From NCBI GenBank assembly GCA_038087875.1, contig JAXLNO010000226.1:62001-126000 (forward strand): DNA of 64,000 bases, given 5' to 3'. Position 1 is the stretch's first letter, and each line of letters starts with the position of its first letter. This DNA comes from Malacoraja senta. Taxonomy: Eukaryota. A program made the position numbers and the translations under genes. Shown in pieces: positions 13,151 to 25,405 of this stretch. Under the pieces are notes generated by a model that was not told the origin of the DNA, did not search any database, and was given only the letters and a program-made list of their open reading frames with translations.

Positions 13151-14274
13151 GTTGATAAACAGCAATAAAAGTTTCCGAAGGTGATGGAAAGACTGGAGGA
13201 AAGACTAGGTGCTGAGAACTCTCTTATACCTGTATTAAGTAGGTATTTAAACACACCTGAGCAATTACAAACACCTGTGAAGCCATGTATCCCAAACATT
13301 ATGGTGCCCAGAAATGGGGGGAGGGGGACTATGTATAAACACAGCTGTAATTTCTACATGGTGAAACCAAAATGTATAAAAATGGCCTTTAATAAAATCT
13401 GACAATGTGCACTTTAACCACACGTGATGCTTTTGATTACAAATCTCAAATTGTGGAGTACAGAGGCAAATAAACAAATGCTGGGTCTTTGTTATTATGG
13501 AGGGCAATGAATAAGGCGCTAATAATGCCGCATTTGGAATATTGAGAGCAATTTTGGGCCCCATATCTGAGGAAGGATGTGCTGGCTCTGGAGAGGGTCC
13601 AGAGGAGGTTTACAAGAATGATCCCAGGAATGAGTGGGTTAACCTATGATGAGCATTTATCAGCACTGGGCCTGTATTCGCTGGAGTTTAGATAAATGAG
13701 GGGGGGGGGGACCTCATTGAATCATACAGAATAGTTAAAGGCTTGGATAGTGGATGTGGAGAGGGTGTTTTTTAGAGTCTAGGACCAGAGCTCACAGCCT
13801 CAGAATCAAAGGATGTTCTTTTAGGAAGGAGGTGAGGAGAGATTTCTTCAGTCAGAGGGTGGTGAATCTGTAGAATTATTTGCCACAGACGGCTGTGGAG
13901 GCCAAGTCAATGGATATTTTTACGGCAGAGATAGATAGATGCTTGATCAGTACGGGTGTCAGGGGTTATGGGGAGAAGGCAGGAGAATGGGGTTAGGAGG
14001 GAGAGATAGATAAGCCATGATAGAATGGCGGAGTAGACTTGATGGGCCGAATGGCCTAATTCTACTCCTATCACTTATGACCCCTGGCAGCACGTCTCAG
14101 GCACTTCTGTGTAAAACATCTTGCTCTGCAAATCTCCTTTAATCATTGCTCCTGTCACCTTAAAGCTAAGCCTTTGACATTGCCAGCCTGGTGCAGGCTG
14201 TTTCACTGTGTACTCTTTATCTGTGTGTCTTCATACTTCTCCCTGCTTTTTTTTAATGTGTTCAGAACCACATC

Positions 14275-15445
14275 AACATCAATGATTTGGATGAGAACAT
14301 AGAGGGCAAGATTAGCAAGTTTGCTGATGATACAAAAATAGTGGTTTTTGCAGATAGTGAAGATGGTTGTGAAAGATTGCAGCAGGATCTGGATCGATTG
14401 GCCGGGTGCAGCAGGATCTGGATCGATTGGCGGAGGAATGGTTGATGGAATTTAATACAGAGAAGTGTGAGGTAATATATTTTGGGACGTCGAACAAGGG
14501 CAGGACCTACACAGTAAATGGTAGACCTCTGGGTAGTGTTGTAGAGCAGAGGGATCTAGGAGTACAGGTGCATGGTTCCTTGAAGGTGGAGTCGCAGGTA
14601 GATCGGGTGGTCTAAATTTGGCCTTCAACAGCCAGAATATTGAGTTTAGAAGTTGGGAGGTCATGTTGCAGTTGTATAAGACATCGGTGAGGCCGCATTT
14701 AGAATATTGCGTTAAATACTGGGCACCGTGTATTAGGAAAGATGTTGTCAAGTTGGAAAGGGTAGAGATTTACGAGGATGTTGCCAGGACTAGAGGGTCT
14801 AAGTTATAGGCAGTGGTTGAGTAGGCTGGGTCTCTATTGCATGGAGCCCAGGAGGATGAGGGGTGATCTTATAGAGGTGGATAAGATCATGAGAGGAATA
14901 GATCGGGTAGATCGGTAGAGTCTCTTGCTCAAAGAAGGTGAATCGAGGACCAGAGGACATAGGTTCAAGGTGAAGGGGAAAAGATTTAATGGGAATCAAT
15001 GGGTTAACATTTTCACACAGAGGGTGGTGGGTGTATGGAACAAGCTGCCAGAGGAGGTAGTTGAGGCTGGGACTATCCCAACTTTTAAGAAACAGTTCGG
15101 CGACTGCCATCATCATTGACTGACGTATCAGGTCACCGAAAAATTCTCGTCGTGATGCGGCGTGATGACGTATTGATGCGCGGTGTTTTTTCAAGTGTCA
15201 CAACATTTTTTTTGTCGCCGCTGGATTTTGAAATGGTCAAAATTGGTGACACTGATATGACGCCGGCAGTCGCCGAAAAAATCGGCAAGTGGGACAGGCC
15301 CTTAAGTCAGGTACATGGATAGGACAGGTTTGGAGGGATATGGACCAAATGCTGGCAGGTGGGACTAGAGTAGCTGGGACATGTTGGCCGGTGTGGGCAA
15401 GTTGGGCCGAAGGGCCTGTTTCCACACTGTATCAGTCTATGAATC
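14275..15445 (+). mobile_element. CR1-clade LINE fragment (HER1-like subfamily sharing its tail with the SINE)
   Basis: KFADDTK and RPHLEYCV motifs; tail GGGCCGAAGGGCCTGTTTCC also ends the SINE copies. Confidence 0.8.
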
Positions 15446-15637
15446 TACATAGGAAACCGTTCCACATTTAAAGGAGCAAGGTTTAAATGAGATGTGCGCG
15501 GCAGGCAAAATAAAAACTTTTCACTGTACCTCGGTGCACGTGACAATAATGACGCTAAACCTTAATCCTAATTTCCCAAAGTAATGAAATGTTCATTTGA
15601 CAAATTGTGAGGAAGTCGGGAAGAGCGGAATAGTTAC

Positions 15638-16196
15638 CTGGAGCCTGCCGTCACTCCGTCCGGTCACGATGAGGTTGCCCTGTATGCCCAGACTCCACAC
15701 AGAGCTTTCACCGTCCCCACCGCCCACGGGCAGGGCTGAGCCCATCTCGTACACAGCCAAGGGCTCGTCTCCGAGACTTCTCCTGCGGTGGTTGCAGCTG
15801 CCGTCCCAGCCCTGTGACTTCAGGTTCACTGACGTTTGGGACTTGACGGGCGCTGGGCGGGATGGGAAGCCCCGCAAGTTTTGCGCGTTGAGCATCTTAT
15901 GATCCTCGTACGCCTTGTCGTACGCCCGGCCAAAGTCGTAGCCAGTCTCTTGCGAACACTCGGAGATAATCCTCTGCCTGGGAGCCGTGTGGTCTTCTTT
16001 CATCTGCTCGGCAAAGTTGGTGTCTATAAAGCTGGATAGGTCAGGCTGGTCGGTGAAGAGAAGGGGCTGGGTCGAGGTGAGCTGCCTCTGGAAGGTGTAT
16101 CCATTCTCATACACATCATCCTCTCCGTTTTCAGGATCCGAAATGTATTCCCGGCTCTGCTGCCGATCGAGGAGAACACCGCTCTCTCTCCATTGC
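15638..16196 (-). CDS. SCAP: SCAP coding exon 17 equivalent (559 bp)
   Basis: QWRESGVLLD...LFTDQPDLSSFIDTNF...GYDFG...SVWSLGIQGNLIVTGRSDGRLQ; acceptor tttcag, donor gtaac; phase 2 to 0. Confidence 0.94.
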
Positions 16197-16265
16197 CTGA
16201 AAACAAACCATGGAAGTGATCATCGACTTGAAAGCATTTGCAGTTCAGTTTAGCTTATTGTCACG

Positions 16266-16621
16266 CCTGCGGCCTATAACATCCTGAAGCCGCGGTCTCC
16301 GGTAGGAAAGTGCCGAGTCGGGACCTCCAAGCCGCGCAGTGTGTTCGACCGTCCCGACATCGGAGTTTGGATCATCCCGACCAGAGGGCTTGTACATCCG
16401 TCCGTCCGTAGCGGCGACAACGGAGGGTTCATGGCCCCGACCACGGGTGAACAAAGGAGGAGGACTGACTGAACTTTGTTGCCTTCCACCTCAGTGAAGA
16501 ATGCTGTGGTGGATGTTTGTGTTAAATCTTATTGTGTATTGTGTTCTTTTCAAGTGTATCGCTGCTGGCAAATTCATTTCACTGCACCTTCGGGTGTATG
16601 TGACGAATAAAATTGACTTTT
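16266..16621 (+). repeat. Dispersed retroelement 3' end; longer copy at about 61160-61722
   Basis: Highly similar to 61355-61710; ends AATAAAATT followed by GACTTT tail. Confidence 0.75.
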
Positions 16622-17987
16622 ATTACCCAGCTTGATAAATACCAACAGGTACAGTGATAAGCTCTTGTGGAGTGCTAACCAGTCAGCAGATAGTCCATAC
16701 ATGATTACAATCGATCCATTAACAGTGTATACATGGTCACCTACTCTGGGCAAGGGACTCTGTGCATCTAATCGGCATGGTGGCGCAGTGGTAGAGTCGC
16801 TGCCTCACAGCACTTGGCAGCGCCGGGGACCGGGTTCCATCCCGACTACGGGCGCTGTCTGTACGGAGTTTGTACGTTCTCCCCGTGACCTGCGTGGGTT
16901 TTCTCCGAGATCTTCAGTTTCCTCCCACACTCGAAAGACGCACAGGTTTGTAGGATAATTGGCTTGGTGTAAGTGTAAATTGTCCCTAGTGTGTGTGTAG
17001 GATAGTGTTAACGTGTGGGGATCGCTGGTCGGCCCGGACCCGGTGGGCCGAAGGGCTTGTTTCCGCGCTGTATCTCCAAACTAAACTAAATGATTTCTGC
17101 ACCCCAGAGATGCTGTCTGTCCCACTGAGGTACCCTAGCATTTTGTGTCTATCTTCAGTACGAGTATCACTATACATAATCACTTAGGTACACATTAGAT
17201 ATGCATTTAAACTGAGATGGTGCCTGACCCACTGACTTAGTTCAGTTTAGTTTATTGTCACGTGTACTGAGATACAGCGAAAAGCTTTTGTTGCGTGCTG
17301 GGAGGAAACTGGAGCATCTGGAGAAACAGGGAGGGTGTTTCCTGGGGTGAACGTACAAGCTCCGTACAGACAGCACCCGCAGTCAGGATCGCATACGTGT
17401 CTCTGGCACTGTGAGGCAGCAACTCTACCGCTGCGCCACCGTGACGCCCTCTAGTCGACCTATATCCTGCCGTATACTTTGACAGACAATAGACAATAGG
17501 TGCAGGAGTAAGCCATTCGGCCCTTCGAGCCAGCACCGCCATTCAATGTGATTATGGCTGATCATCCCCAATCAGTACCCCGTTCCTGCCTTCTCCCCAT
17601 ATCCCCTGACCACTATCTTTAAGAGCCCTATCTAGGTCTCTATTGAAAGTATCCAGAGAATTGGCCTCCACCGCCCTCTGAGGCAGAGAATTCCACGGAC
17701 CCACAACTCTGTGTGAAAAAGTGTTTCCTTGTCTCCGCTCTAAATGGCTTACCCCTTATTCTTAAATAAGGTCAACACCTTGGTAAATTCCCTTCCGATA
17801 GGGATGACACCACAGTGAGGAAGTTTGTTTGATTACATCTAACAGCCAGATTATATTACCTTGTACCCAGCTCATCCGCTGGAATGTACCAAGTGTAATT
17901 CTTCTTAAGCATGAGAAGATTCAAAAGCAAACTTGAGACTCAACACCAGAAATCTAACGAGCTGAACTGAGTGAGTGAATCCTTTAC

Positions 17988-18103
17988 CTGGAGTTTGATA
18001 TCACAGTGAGACAATCACCGGTCTGTGCATCCCACACTCTGATCTGCCCAGACAGGCAGGAGCTGACCAACAACATCCCATCACTCGCCAAGCATTCAAT
18101 ATC
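17988..18103 (-). CDS. SCAP: SCAP coding exon 16 equivalent (116 bp), first WD40 repeat
   Basis: [38 protein letters not shown](R); acceptor ctctag, donor gtaaa. Confidence 0.96.
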
Positions 18104-18837
18104 CTAGAGGAGAAAAAAACATTTCAGAAAAAAAAATCATATTAGAATGTAAGGTAGACAAAAATGCTGGAGAAACTCAGCGGGTGAGGCAGCATCTATG
18201 GAGCGAAGGAATAGGTGACGTTTCGGGTGGTCCTTGCTTTCTCCCTCATTCCCCTCCCCTTCCCAGCTCTCCTACTGTCTCCGCCTCTTCCTTTCTTCTT
18301 CCTGCCCCCCCCCCCCAACCCCACATAGAAACATAGGAAATAGGTGCAGGAGGCCATTCGGCCCTTCAAGCCACCACCCCCATTCATTGTGATCATGGCT
18401 GATCGTCCCCAATCAATAACCCGTGCCTGCCTTCTCCCCATAATCCCTTGATTCCACCAGCCCCTAGAGCTCTATCTATCTCTCTCAAATAATCCATCCA
18501 GTGATTCGGCCTCCACTCTCTGGGTGAAAAAGTTTTTTCTCACCTCAGTCTTAAATGGCCTCCCCTTTATTCTAAGACTGTGGCCCCTGGTTCTGGACTC
18601 GCCCAACATTGGAAACATGTTTCCTGCATCTAGCTTGTCCAGTCCTTTTATAATTTTATATGTTTCTATAAGATTCCCCCTCATCCTTCTAAACTCGTGA
18701 ATACAAGCCTAGTCTTTTCAATCTTTCCTCATATGACAGTCCCGCCATCCCAGGGATCAATCTCGTGAACCTACGCTGCACTGCCTCAATCACAAGGATG
18801 TCCTTCCTCAAATTAGGAGACCAAAACTGTACACAAG

Positions 18838-19626
18838 GAGGGCACATCATCCGAGGACGTACACACCATTGAGGATAAATGGGGATACTGTGGATAGGGT
18901 GAGCTGTTTTAAATACCTGGGAGTCCACATCTCCGAGGATATGACATGGACATCACACGCTGCAGCACTCGTGAGTAAGGCAAGGCAGCGCCTTTACCAC
19001 CTCAGGCAATTGAGGAAATTCAGAGTGTCTCCGAAGATCCTCCAGTGCTTTTACTCAGCGGCTGTGGAAAGCAACTTGTCCGGAAATATTACAATCTGGT
19101 TTGGGAATTGCTCTGCCCAGGACAAGAAGGCTCTGCAGAGAGTAGTGCGTTCGGCCGAACGCACAATGGAAACTACACTCGCCCCCCTGCACGAACTATA
19201 CATCAGGGGGTGCAACTCCAGAGACAACAAGATCATGGGAGACCCCTTCCACCCCTGCAACGGACTGTTCCAGCTGCTACGGTCAGGCAAACGCCTCCGT
19301 TGCCATGCCTGTGAGAACAGAGAGGTTGAGAAGGAGTTTCTTCCCAGAGGCCATTAGGATTGTAAACTCCTATCTCACCCGGGACTAACTTTACTGGACC
19401 ACTCTACTGGTTTTTAAAAATTGCTGTTTTTTTGTTTTCCCCGTTTTTTTTCCCCTTTTCCTTCCTCCCACAATATTTAATATGTAAAAGAATATGTGAT
19501 TCTATACTTCCATTCTGTTTGTAGTTTGTTTGTTTGTTTTTTGCACAAAGTCCGCGAGCATTGCCACTTTTCATTTCACTGCACATCTCGTATGTGTATG
19601 TGACAAATAAACTTGACTTGACTTGA
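18838..19626 (+). mobile_element. Rex1/Babar-like LINE 3' fragment
   Basis: ORF 18869-19357 FKYLGVHISEDMTW..KARQRLYHLRQLRKF; AATAAA and (CTTGA)n tail. Confidence 0.82.
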
Positions 19627-20570
19627 CATCAGTCTGAAGAAGGGTCTCGATCCGAAAAGTCATCTATTCCTTCTCTCCATAGATGCTGCCTCATCCGCTG
19701 AGTTTCTCCAACATTTTTGTCTACCTTTGATTTTTCTAGCATCTGCAGTTCTGTCTTAAACAAATCCTTCACATAAACAAATGTGGCTTTGGGGGCAGCA
19801 CAGTGGACAGTGGTAGAGTCGCTGCCTCAGAGCGCCAGAGACCCGGGTTTGATCAATGACTACGGGTGCCGCCTATACGGAGTTTGCACGTTCTCCCTGT
19901 GACCTGCGTGGGTTTTCTCCAGGATCTATGGTTTCCTCCCACACTCCAAAGACGTGCCGGTTTGTAGGTTAATTGGCTTGGTATAAATGTAAATTGTCCC
20001 CAGTGTATGAAGGATAGTGTTGGCGTGCGGGGATCGCTGGTCGGTGTGGACTCGGTGGGCCGAAGGGCCTGTTTCCGCGCTGTATCTCTAAACTAAATTA
20101 CACTAGAAAGGTCTCGACCCGAAACGTCGCCTACTCCTTCGCTCCATAGATGCTGCCTCACCCGCTGAGTTTCTCCAGCATTTTCGTCTACCTTCGATTT
20201 TTGCAGCATCTGCAGTTCCTTCTTAAACCTACTGAATGGCGGTGCTGGTTGGAGGGGCCAAATGGCCTACTCCAGCACCTATTTTTCTATTGCTAAATAT
20301 CCCAAAGATGTGCAGGTTTGTTGGTTAATTGGCCTCTGTGATTTAACCCTAGTGTGTAGGGAGTGGATGAAAAAGTTTGTTAACTTAGAACAAGTGTGAA
20401 TGGGTGCACTATTTTTTTTTGCGCTATTATTGTTTGTTTGTTTTATGATTATATACATAAATAAACATTTTGTTTTGTTTATTATATTGTTTGCAGAGTA
20501 CTGTTGACATATTCTGTTGTGCAGCTGTAAGTAAGAATTTCATTGTTCTAGACACAAAATGCTGGAGTAA

Positions 20571-20894
20571 CCCTGTCCCACGGTGCGAGTTCATTCCAAG
20601 AGCTCTCCCGAGTTTAAAAAAAATCAAACTCGTGGGAAGCACGGAGAATGAACGTAGCGGGTACGTCGGAGCTCGGGGACGTCTCTTCGCGGCTCGTAAC
20701 GCTAACGGCAGGTACTCGTGAAGATTCGCTAACGGCAGGTAAGCACGGGAAGACTCGTGAAGATTTTTCAACATGATGAAAAATGTCCACGAGAGCCCCG
20801 AGTACCGACGAGTGGCCATTACCGTAAATCTCCGAGTTCGAATCAGGGCAAACTCGGGAGAGCTCTTGGAATGAACTCGTACCGTGGGACAGGG
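20571..20894. mobile_element. Harbinger-like MITE; close relatives at about 40840-41012 and 55247-55570
   Basis: Long inverted termini CCCTGTCCCACGGT.CGAGTTCATTCCAAGAGCTCTCCCGAGTTT. Confidence 0.75.
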
Positions 20895-22232
20895 CTACTC
20901 AGCGAGTCAGGTGAAAGGGAACCAAGATATGGACTCTCAGTCTGAAGATGGGTCTCGACCCGAAACATCTCCCATTCCTTCTCTCTAGAGATGCTGCCTG
21001 TCCCGCTGAGTTACTCCAGCGTTTTGCGTCTATTTTAGATAGATTCTTGATTAGTACGGGTGTCAGGGGTTATGGGGAGAAGGCAGGAGACTGGGGTTGG
21101 GAGGGAGAGATAGATCACCCATGATTGAATGGCAGAGTAGACTTGGTGGGCCGAATACCCTAATTCTACTCCGAATACTTATGTTCAGTTACTCCAGCGT
21201 TTTGTGTCTCTCTTTGATGTAAACCCGCATCTGCAGTTCCTTCCTACAAATGTCATTGTTATGTTTGGGACATATGATAATAAAACATGCTTGACTCGAT
21301 GGTTGTTCACCCACTTTAACATTGCCCCTATTATGAACGAGTGAGCGATGGTTGCTTTGGACTTGGTGGACAGATCAGCCTGTTTCCATGCTGTATCTTG
21401 GGTGGTCACGGCGGCGCAGTGGTAGAGTTTCTGCCTTGCAGCGCCAGAGACCCGGGTTCCATCCCGACTACGGGCGCTGTCTGCACGGAGTTTGTACCTT
21501 CTCCCCGTGACCTGCCTGGGTTTTCTCCGAGATCTTTGGTTTCCTCCCACGCTCCAAAGACGTGCGGGTTTGTAGATTAATTGGCCTGGGTTTGTATACT
21601 TGGTACAATAGACAATGGACAATAGGTGCAAGAGTCGGCCATTCGGCCCTTCGAGCCAGCACCGCCATTCAATGTGATCATGGCTGATCATCCCCAATCA
21701 GTACCCCGTTCCTGTCTTCTCCCCATATCCCCTGACTCCGCTATCTTGAAGAACCCTATCTAGCTCTCTCTTGAAAGTATCCAGAGAACCTGCCACCACC
21801 GCCCTCTGAGGCAGAGAATTCCACAGACTCACAACTCTCTGTGTGAAAAAGACACATAAGTATAAATTGTCCCTAGTGTGTGTCAGCTTGTGTTAGTTTG
21901 CGGGGATGGCTGGGCAGTGAGGACTCGGTGGGCTGAAGGGCCTGTTTCTGTGCTGTATCTCTAAAACTAAAAACTGCAGGTAGACAAAAGTGCTGGAGAA
22001 ACTCAGCGGGTGCAGCGGCATCTATGGAGCGAAGGAAATAGGCAACGTTTCGGCCCGAAACGTTGCCTATTTCCTTCGCTCCATAGATGCCACTGCACCC
22101 GCTGAGTTTCTCCAGCAGTTTTGACTACCTTCGATTTTCCAGCATCTGCAGTTCCTTCTTAAACACTAAAATCCGTAAATGGAAAGAGTTTTATTTACAC
22201 AGGGGTGCAGTGGTTTCCAAGCACCTACTCAC

Positions 22233-22434
22233 CATTAAATGCCCCTTCAATATGAGTGGCAAGGTCTCGCTAATGGGTGGCGAGTAGCCGTAGTCGTCGC
22301 AGGGGAGATCTCCACGCCTCCTCCTCCCGTGAGAGAGACCACCTTGGCCGTAGGTCTTTGGACAGAACACTTTGTACAAGCAGAAGAGCAGAATGACAAG
22401 CAGGACTCCCGACGCCAGGCCAAGCGCTCCAACC
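22233..22434 (-). CDS. SCAP: SCAP coding exon 15 equivalent (202 bp), TM8
   Basis: [67 protein letters not shown]; acceptor tggcag, donor gtgag. Confidence 0.96.
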
Positions 22435-23206
22435 CTGCCAGATAGAATGGAACAAAAGCTAAAATCAACAACTAAATATGAAGGTAGACAAAAGTGCTGG
22501 AGAAACTCAGCGGGTGCGGCAGCATCTAAGGAGCGAAGGAAATAGGCAACGTTTCGAGCCGAAACCCTTCTTCAGACTGATGTGAGGGTGGGGAGGGGGG
22601 GATGGGGAGAAGAAAGGAAAATGGAAAAAGGAAGAGGAGGAGCCCGAGGGCTGAGGGAGAGGTGAGAAGGGGAGGAGACAGCAAGGGCTACCGGAAATTT
22701 GTGAATTCAATGTTGAATTCACCAAGTCTGAAGAAGGGTTTCGGCCCGAAACGTTGCCTATTTCCCGCTGAGTTTCTCCAGCACTTTTGTCTACCTTCGA
22801 TATTCCAGCATCTGCAGTTCCTTCTTAAACACTAAATATGAAGAAGGGTCTCGACCGGAAACGTCACCTATTTCCTTCGCTCCATAGATGCTGCCTCACC
22901 CGCTGAGTTTCTGCAGCATTTTTATCCACCTTCGACCTTTCCAGCATCGGCAGTTCCTTCTCAAAAAAATATAGCTACATCGTTCAGCAGTTTTTAATGG
23001 TCATGCAATATTTTAAATTTTCTCTCAGCAAATTTAAAAAGAAACAGTAATGTCCAATGTCTTATTGTGTCCCAATGTTTAAGAAAGAACTGCAGATGCT
23101 GGAAAAATCGAAGGTAGACACAAATGCTGGAGAAACTCAGTGGGTGAGGCAGCATCTATGGATCTATAGGTGAGGGCCCCCCGCCCCCCACCACCCCCAC
23201 ATCAGT

Positions 23207-23234
23207 CTGAAGAAGGGTCTCGACCCGAAACGTC
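23207..23234 (+). ncRNA. Minimal hammerhead-ribozyme-like motif in a PLE terminal repeat (representative of dozens of copies)
   Basis: CTGAAGA-A-GGGT(CTCG)ACCC-GAAAC-GTC: CUGANGA box, helix II, GAAA, palindromic ACGT and GUC triplet; helix I is weak. Confidence 0.6.
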
Positions 23235-24911
23235 ACCTATTCCTTCGCTCCATAGATGCTGCCTCACCCGCTGAGTTTCTCCAGCATTTTTTGTCCACCT
23301 TCTTATTGTATCCCAGTGCCTGTGCAGTAGCCTGAAGTGATTTTTTACTTTGAAGTTTACTGGAACCATCCACAAGTAGTATTACTTCTTTCAACAGCGG
23401 GGAGAGCTGCTGCCTCACAGTGGCACAGCTGGCATGGCCGCTGCCGCACAGCGCCAGAGACCCGGGTTCGGTCCTGACCGCAGGTGCTGCCTGTGCGTGG
23501 AGTCTGCATGTTCTCCCTTTGGGTTTTCTCCGGGCACTCCGGCTTCCCCCCCCCACCAAAGACCCGCGAGTTTGAAGGTATCGTGTAGGGAGTGGATTTG
23601 AAAGTGGGGTAACACAGAACCAGTGTGAATGGGTGATCGACGGTCGGCGTGGACTCGGTGGGCCGAAGGGCCTGTTTCCGTGCTGTATCTCCAAAACTAA
23701 AGTTGGGCCACAGTTTAAGAATAAGGAGTAAGCCATTTAGAACGGAGACGAGGAAACACTTTTTCACACAGAGAGTGGTGAGTCTGTGGAATTCTTTGCC
23801 TCAGAGGGCGGTGGAGGCCGGTTCTCTGGATACTTTCAAGAGAGAGCTAGATGGGGCTCTTAAAGATAGCGGAGTCAGGGGATATGGGGAGAAGGCAGGA
23901 ACGGGGTACTGATTGGGGATGATCAGCTGTGATCACATTGAAAAGGCGGTGCTAGCTCGAAGGGACGAATGGCCTACTCCTGCACCTATTGTCCAAAGAC
24001 ATAACGGGCCCAGTGGCTGTATGAATGACAAACATCTGTTCATGCTGACACAGCACTTCACTCACATGGACAGGACAAGTTTGGAGGGATATGGACCAAA
24101 CGCAGGCAGGTGGGACTAGTGTAGATGGGACATGTTAGCTAGTGTGGGCAAGTTGGGCCTGTTTCCACACTGTATCACTCTATGGTGTAGATACCATAGG
24201 CAACTAGTCGTACCTCAGGTACCATCACAACATTTAAGAGACATTTACGCAGGTACGTGGATAGGGTAGGTTTAGTGGGTTAGGGGCCACACGCGGGCAG
24301 CTGGGACATGTTGGTCAGTGTGGGCAAGTTGGGACAAAGGGCCTATTTCCACGCGGTATGACTATGCGTGTTTCAAGAAAGAGTTAGATTTAGCTCTTAG
24401 GGCTAAGGGAATCAAGGGATATGGGGAAAAAGCCGGAACGGGGTAATGATTTTGGATGATCAGCCATGATCACATTGAATGGCGGTGCTGGCTTGAAGGG
24501 CCTACTCCAGCACCTATTGCCTATGGTCTAAGAATTAGGGGCAGGCTATTTAGATTGGAGATGAGGAAAAACTTTTTCACCCAGAGAGTTGTGTCTGTGG
24601 AATTCTCTGCCTCAGAGGGCGGTGGAGGCTGGTTTTCTGGATACTTTCAAGAGAGAGCTAGATAGGGCTCTTAAAGATAGTGGAGTCAGGGGATATGGGG
24701 AGAAGGCAGGAACGCGGTACTGATTGGGGATGATCAGCCATGATCACATTGAATGGCAGTGCTGGTTTGAAGGGCCGAATGGCCTACTCCTGCATCTATT
24801 GTCTCTTGACCTTTAGATCTTAGTACCAAATCCAAGCACTGATGTGCTTGAAAGCACAAATGAAGTGCTTTAAATAGCAGTGATAGTAACTCAGGTGTCC
24901 ATGAGGTTTAC

Positions 24912-25130
24912 TTGTAGAGAGTGATGTCCAGATGAACATGCGGTTTGGAGGAAGCCTGCTGTTTGCTTGGGTCCCTGGCGATCCCCGGCTTGTTTAGATC
25001 CCTGGTCTCTCCGTAACCTGCTGGGAACAGGGAATGGTATCGCTTGGTGTCCTGAGGGTGCCTGGCATCCACCGCATCTTGCAGACTCAGGTGGAAGGAG
25101 ACGGGGATGATGGGCAGAATGCTGACGTAC
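24912..25130 (-). CDS. SCAP: SCAP coding exon 14 equivalent (219 bp)
   Basis: YVSILPIIPVSFHLSLQDAVDARHPQD...HLDITLY(K); acceptor gaacag, donor gtaaa. Confidence 0.95.
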
Positions 25131-25214
25131 CTGTTCAAAACAAAACGAGCATCAGTTAACATAGCGTGCCGGACGGAACTGCAGATAATGGTTTCAACCA
25201 AAGATAAGACACAA

Positions 25215-25405
25215 AGTGCTGGAGTAACTCAGCGGGTCAGGCAGCATCTGTGGAGAACATGGATAGGTGACGTTTCACAGAGTGCTGGAGTAACTCAGCG
25301 GGTCAGGCAGCATCTGTGGAGAACATGGATAGGTGACGTTTCACAGAGTGCTGGCGTAACTCAGCGGGTCAGGCAGCATCTCTGGAAAAAATAGGTGACG
25401 TTTCG
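25215..25405. repeat. 66-bp tandem trimer of PLE terminal-repeat sequence; similar arrays at about 10198-10385 and 40490-40620
   Basis: Unit AGTGCTGGAGTAACTCAGCGGGTCAGGCAGCATCTGTGGAGAACATGGATAGGTGACGTTTCACAG at 25215, 25281 and 25347. Confidence 0.9.

Larger units (their letters stand above)
11629..13509 (-). mobile_element. Tc1-family DNA transposon of IR/DR type, full length but inactivated
   Basis: About 220-bp terminal inverted repeats starting TA|CAGTGCCCTCC, with an inner direct repeat ending TAATGTTTGGGACA; right TA mutated; inserted in a CR1 fragment. Confidence 0.93.
11230..14080 (+). mobile_element. CR1-clade LINE 3' part split by the Tc1 insertion
   Basis: VAKFADDTKIVG before the transposon; CR1 sequence resumes at about 13512. 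Confidence 0.85.

Noticed and set aside
25215..25405. CRISPR-like array
   Set aside because: Units are contiguous with no unique spacers, derive from a PLE repeat, and the context is a vertebrate intron
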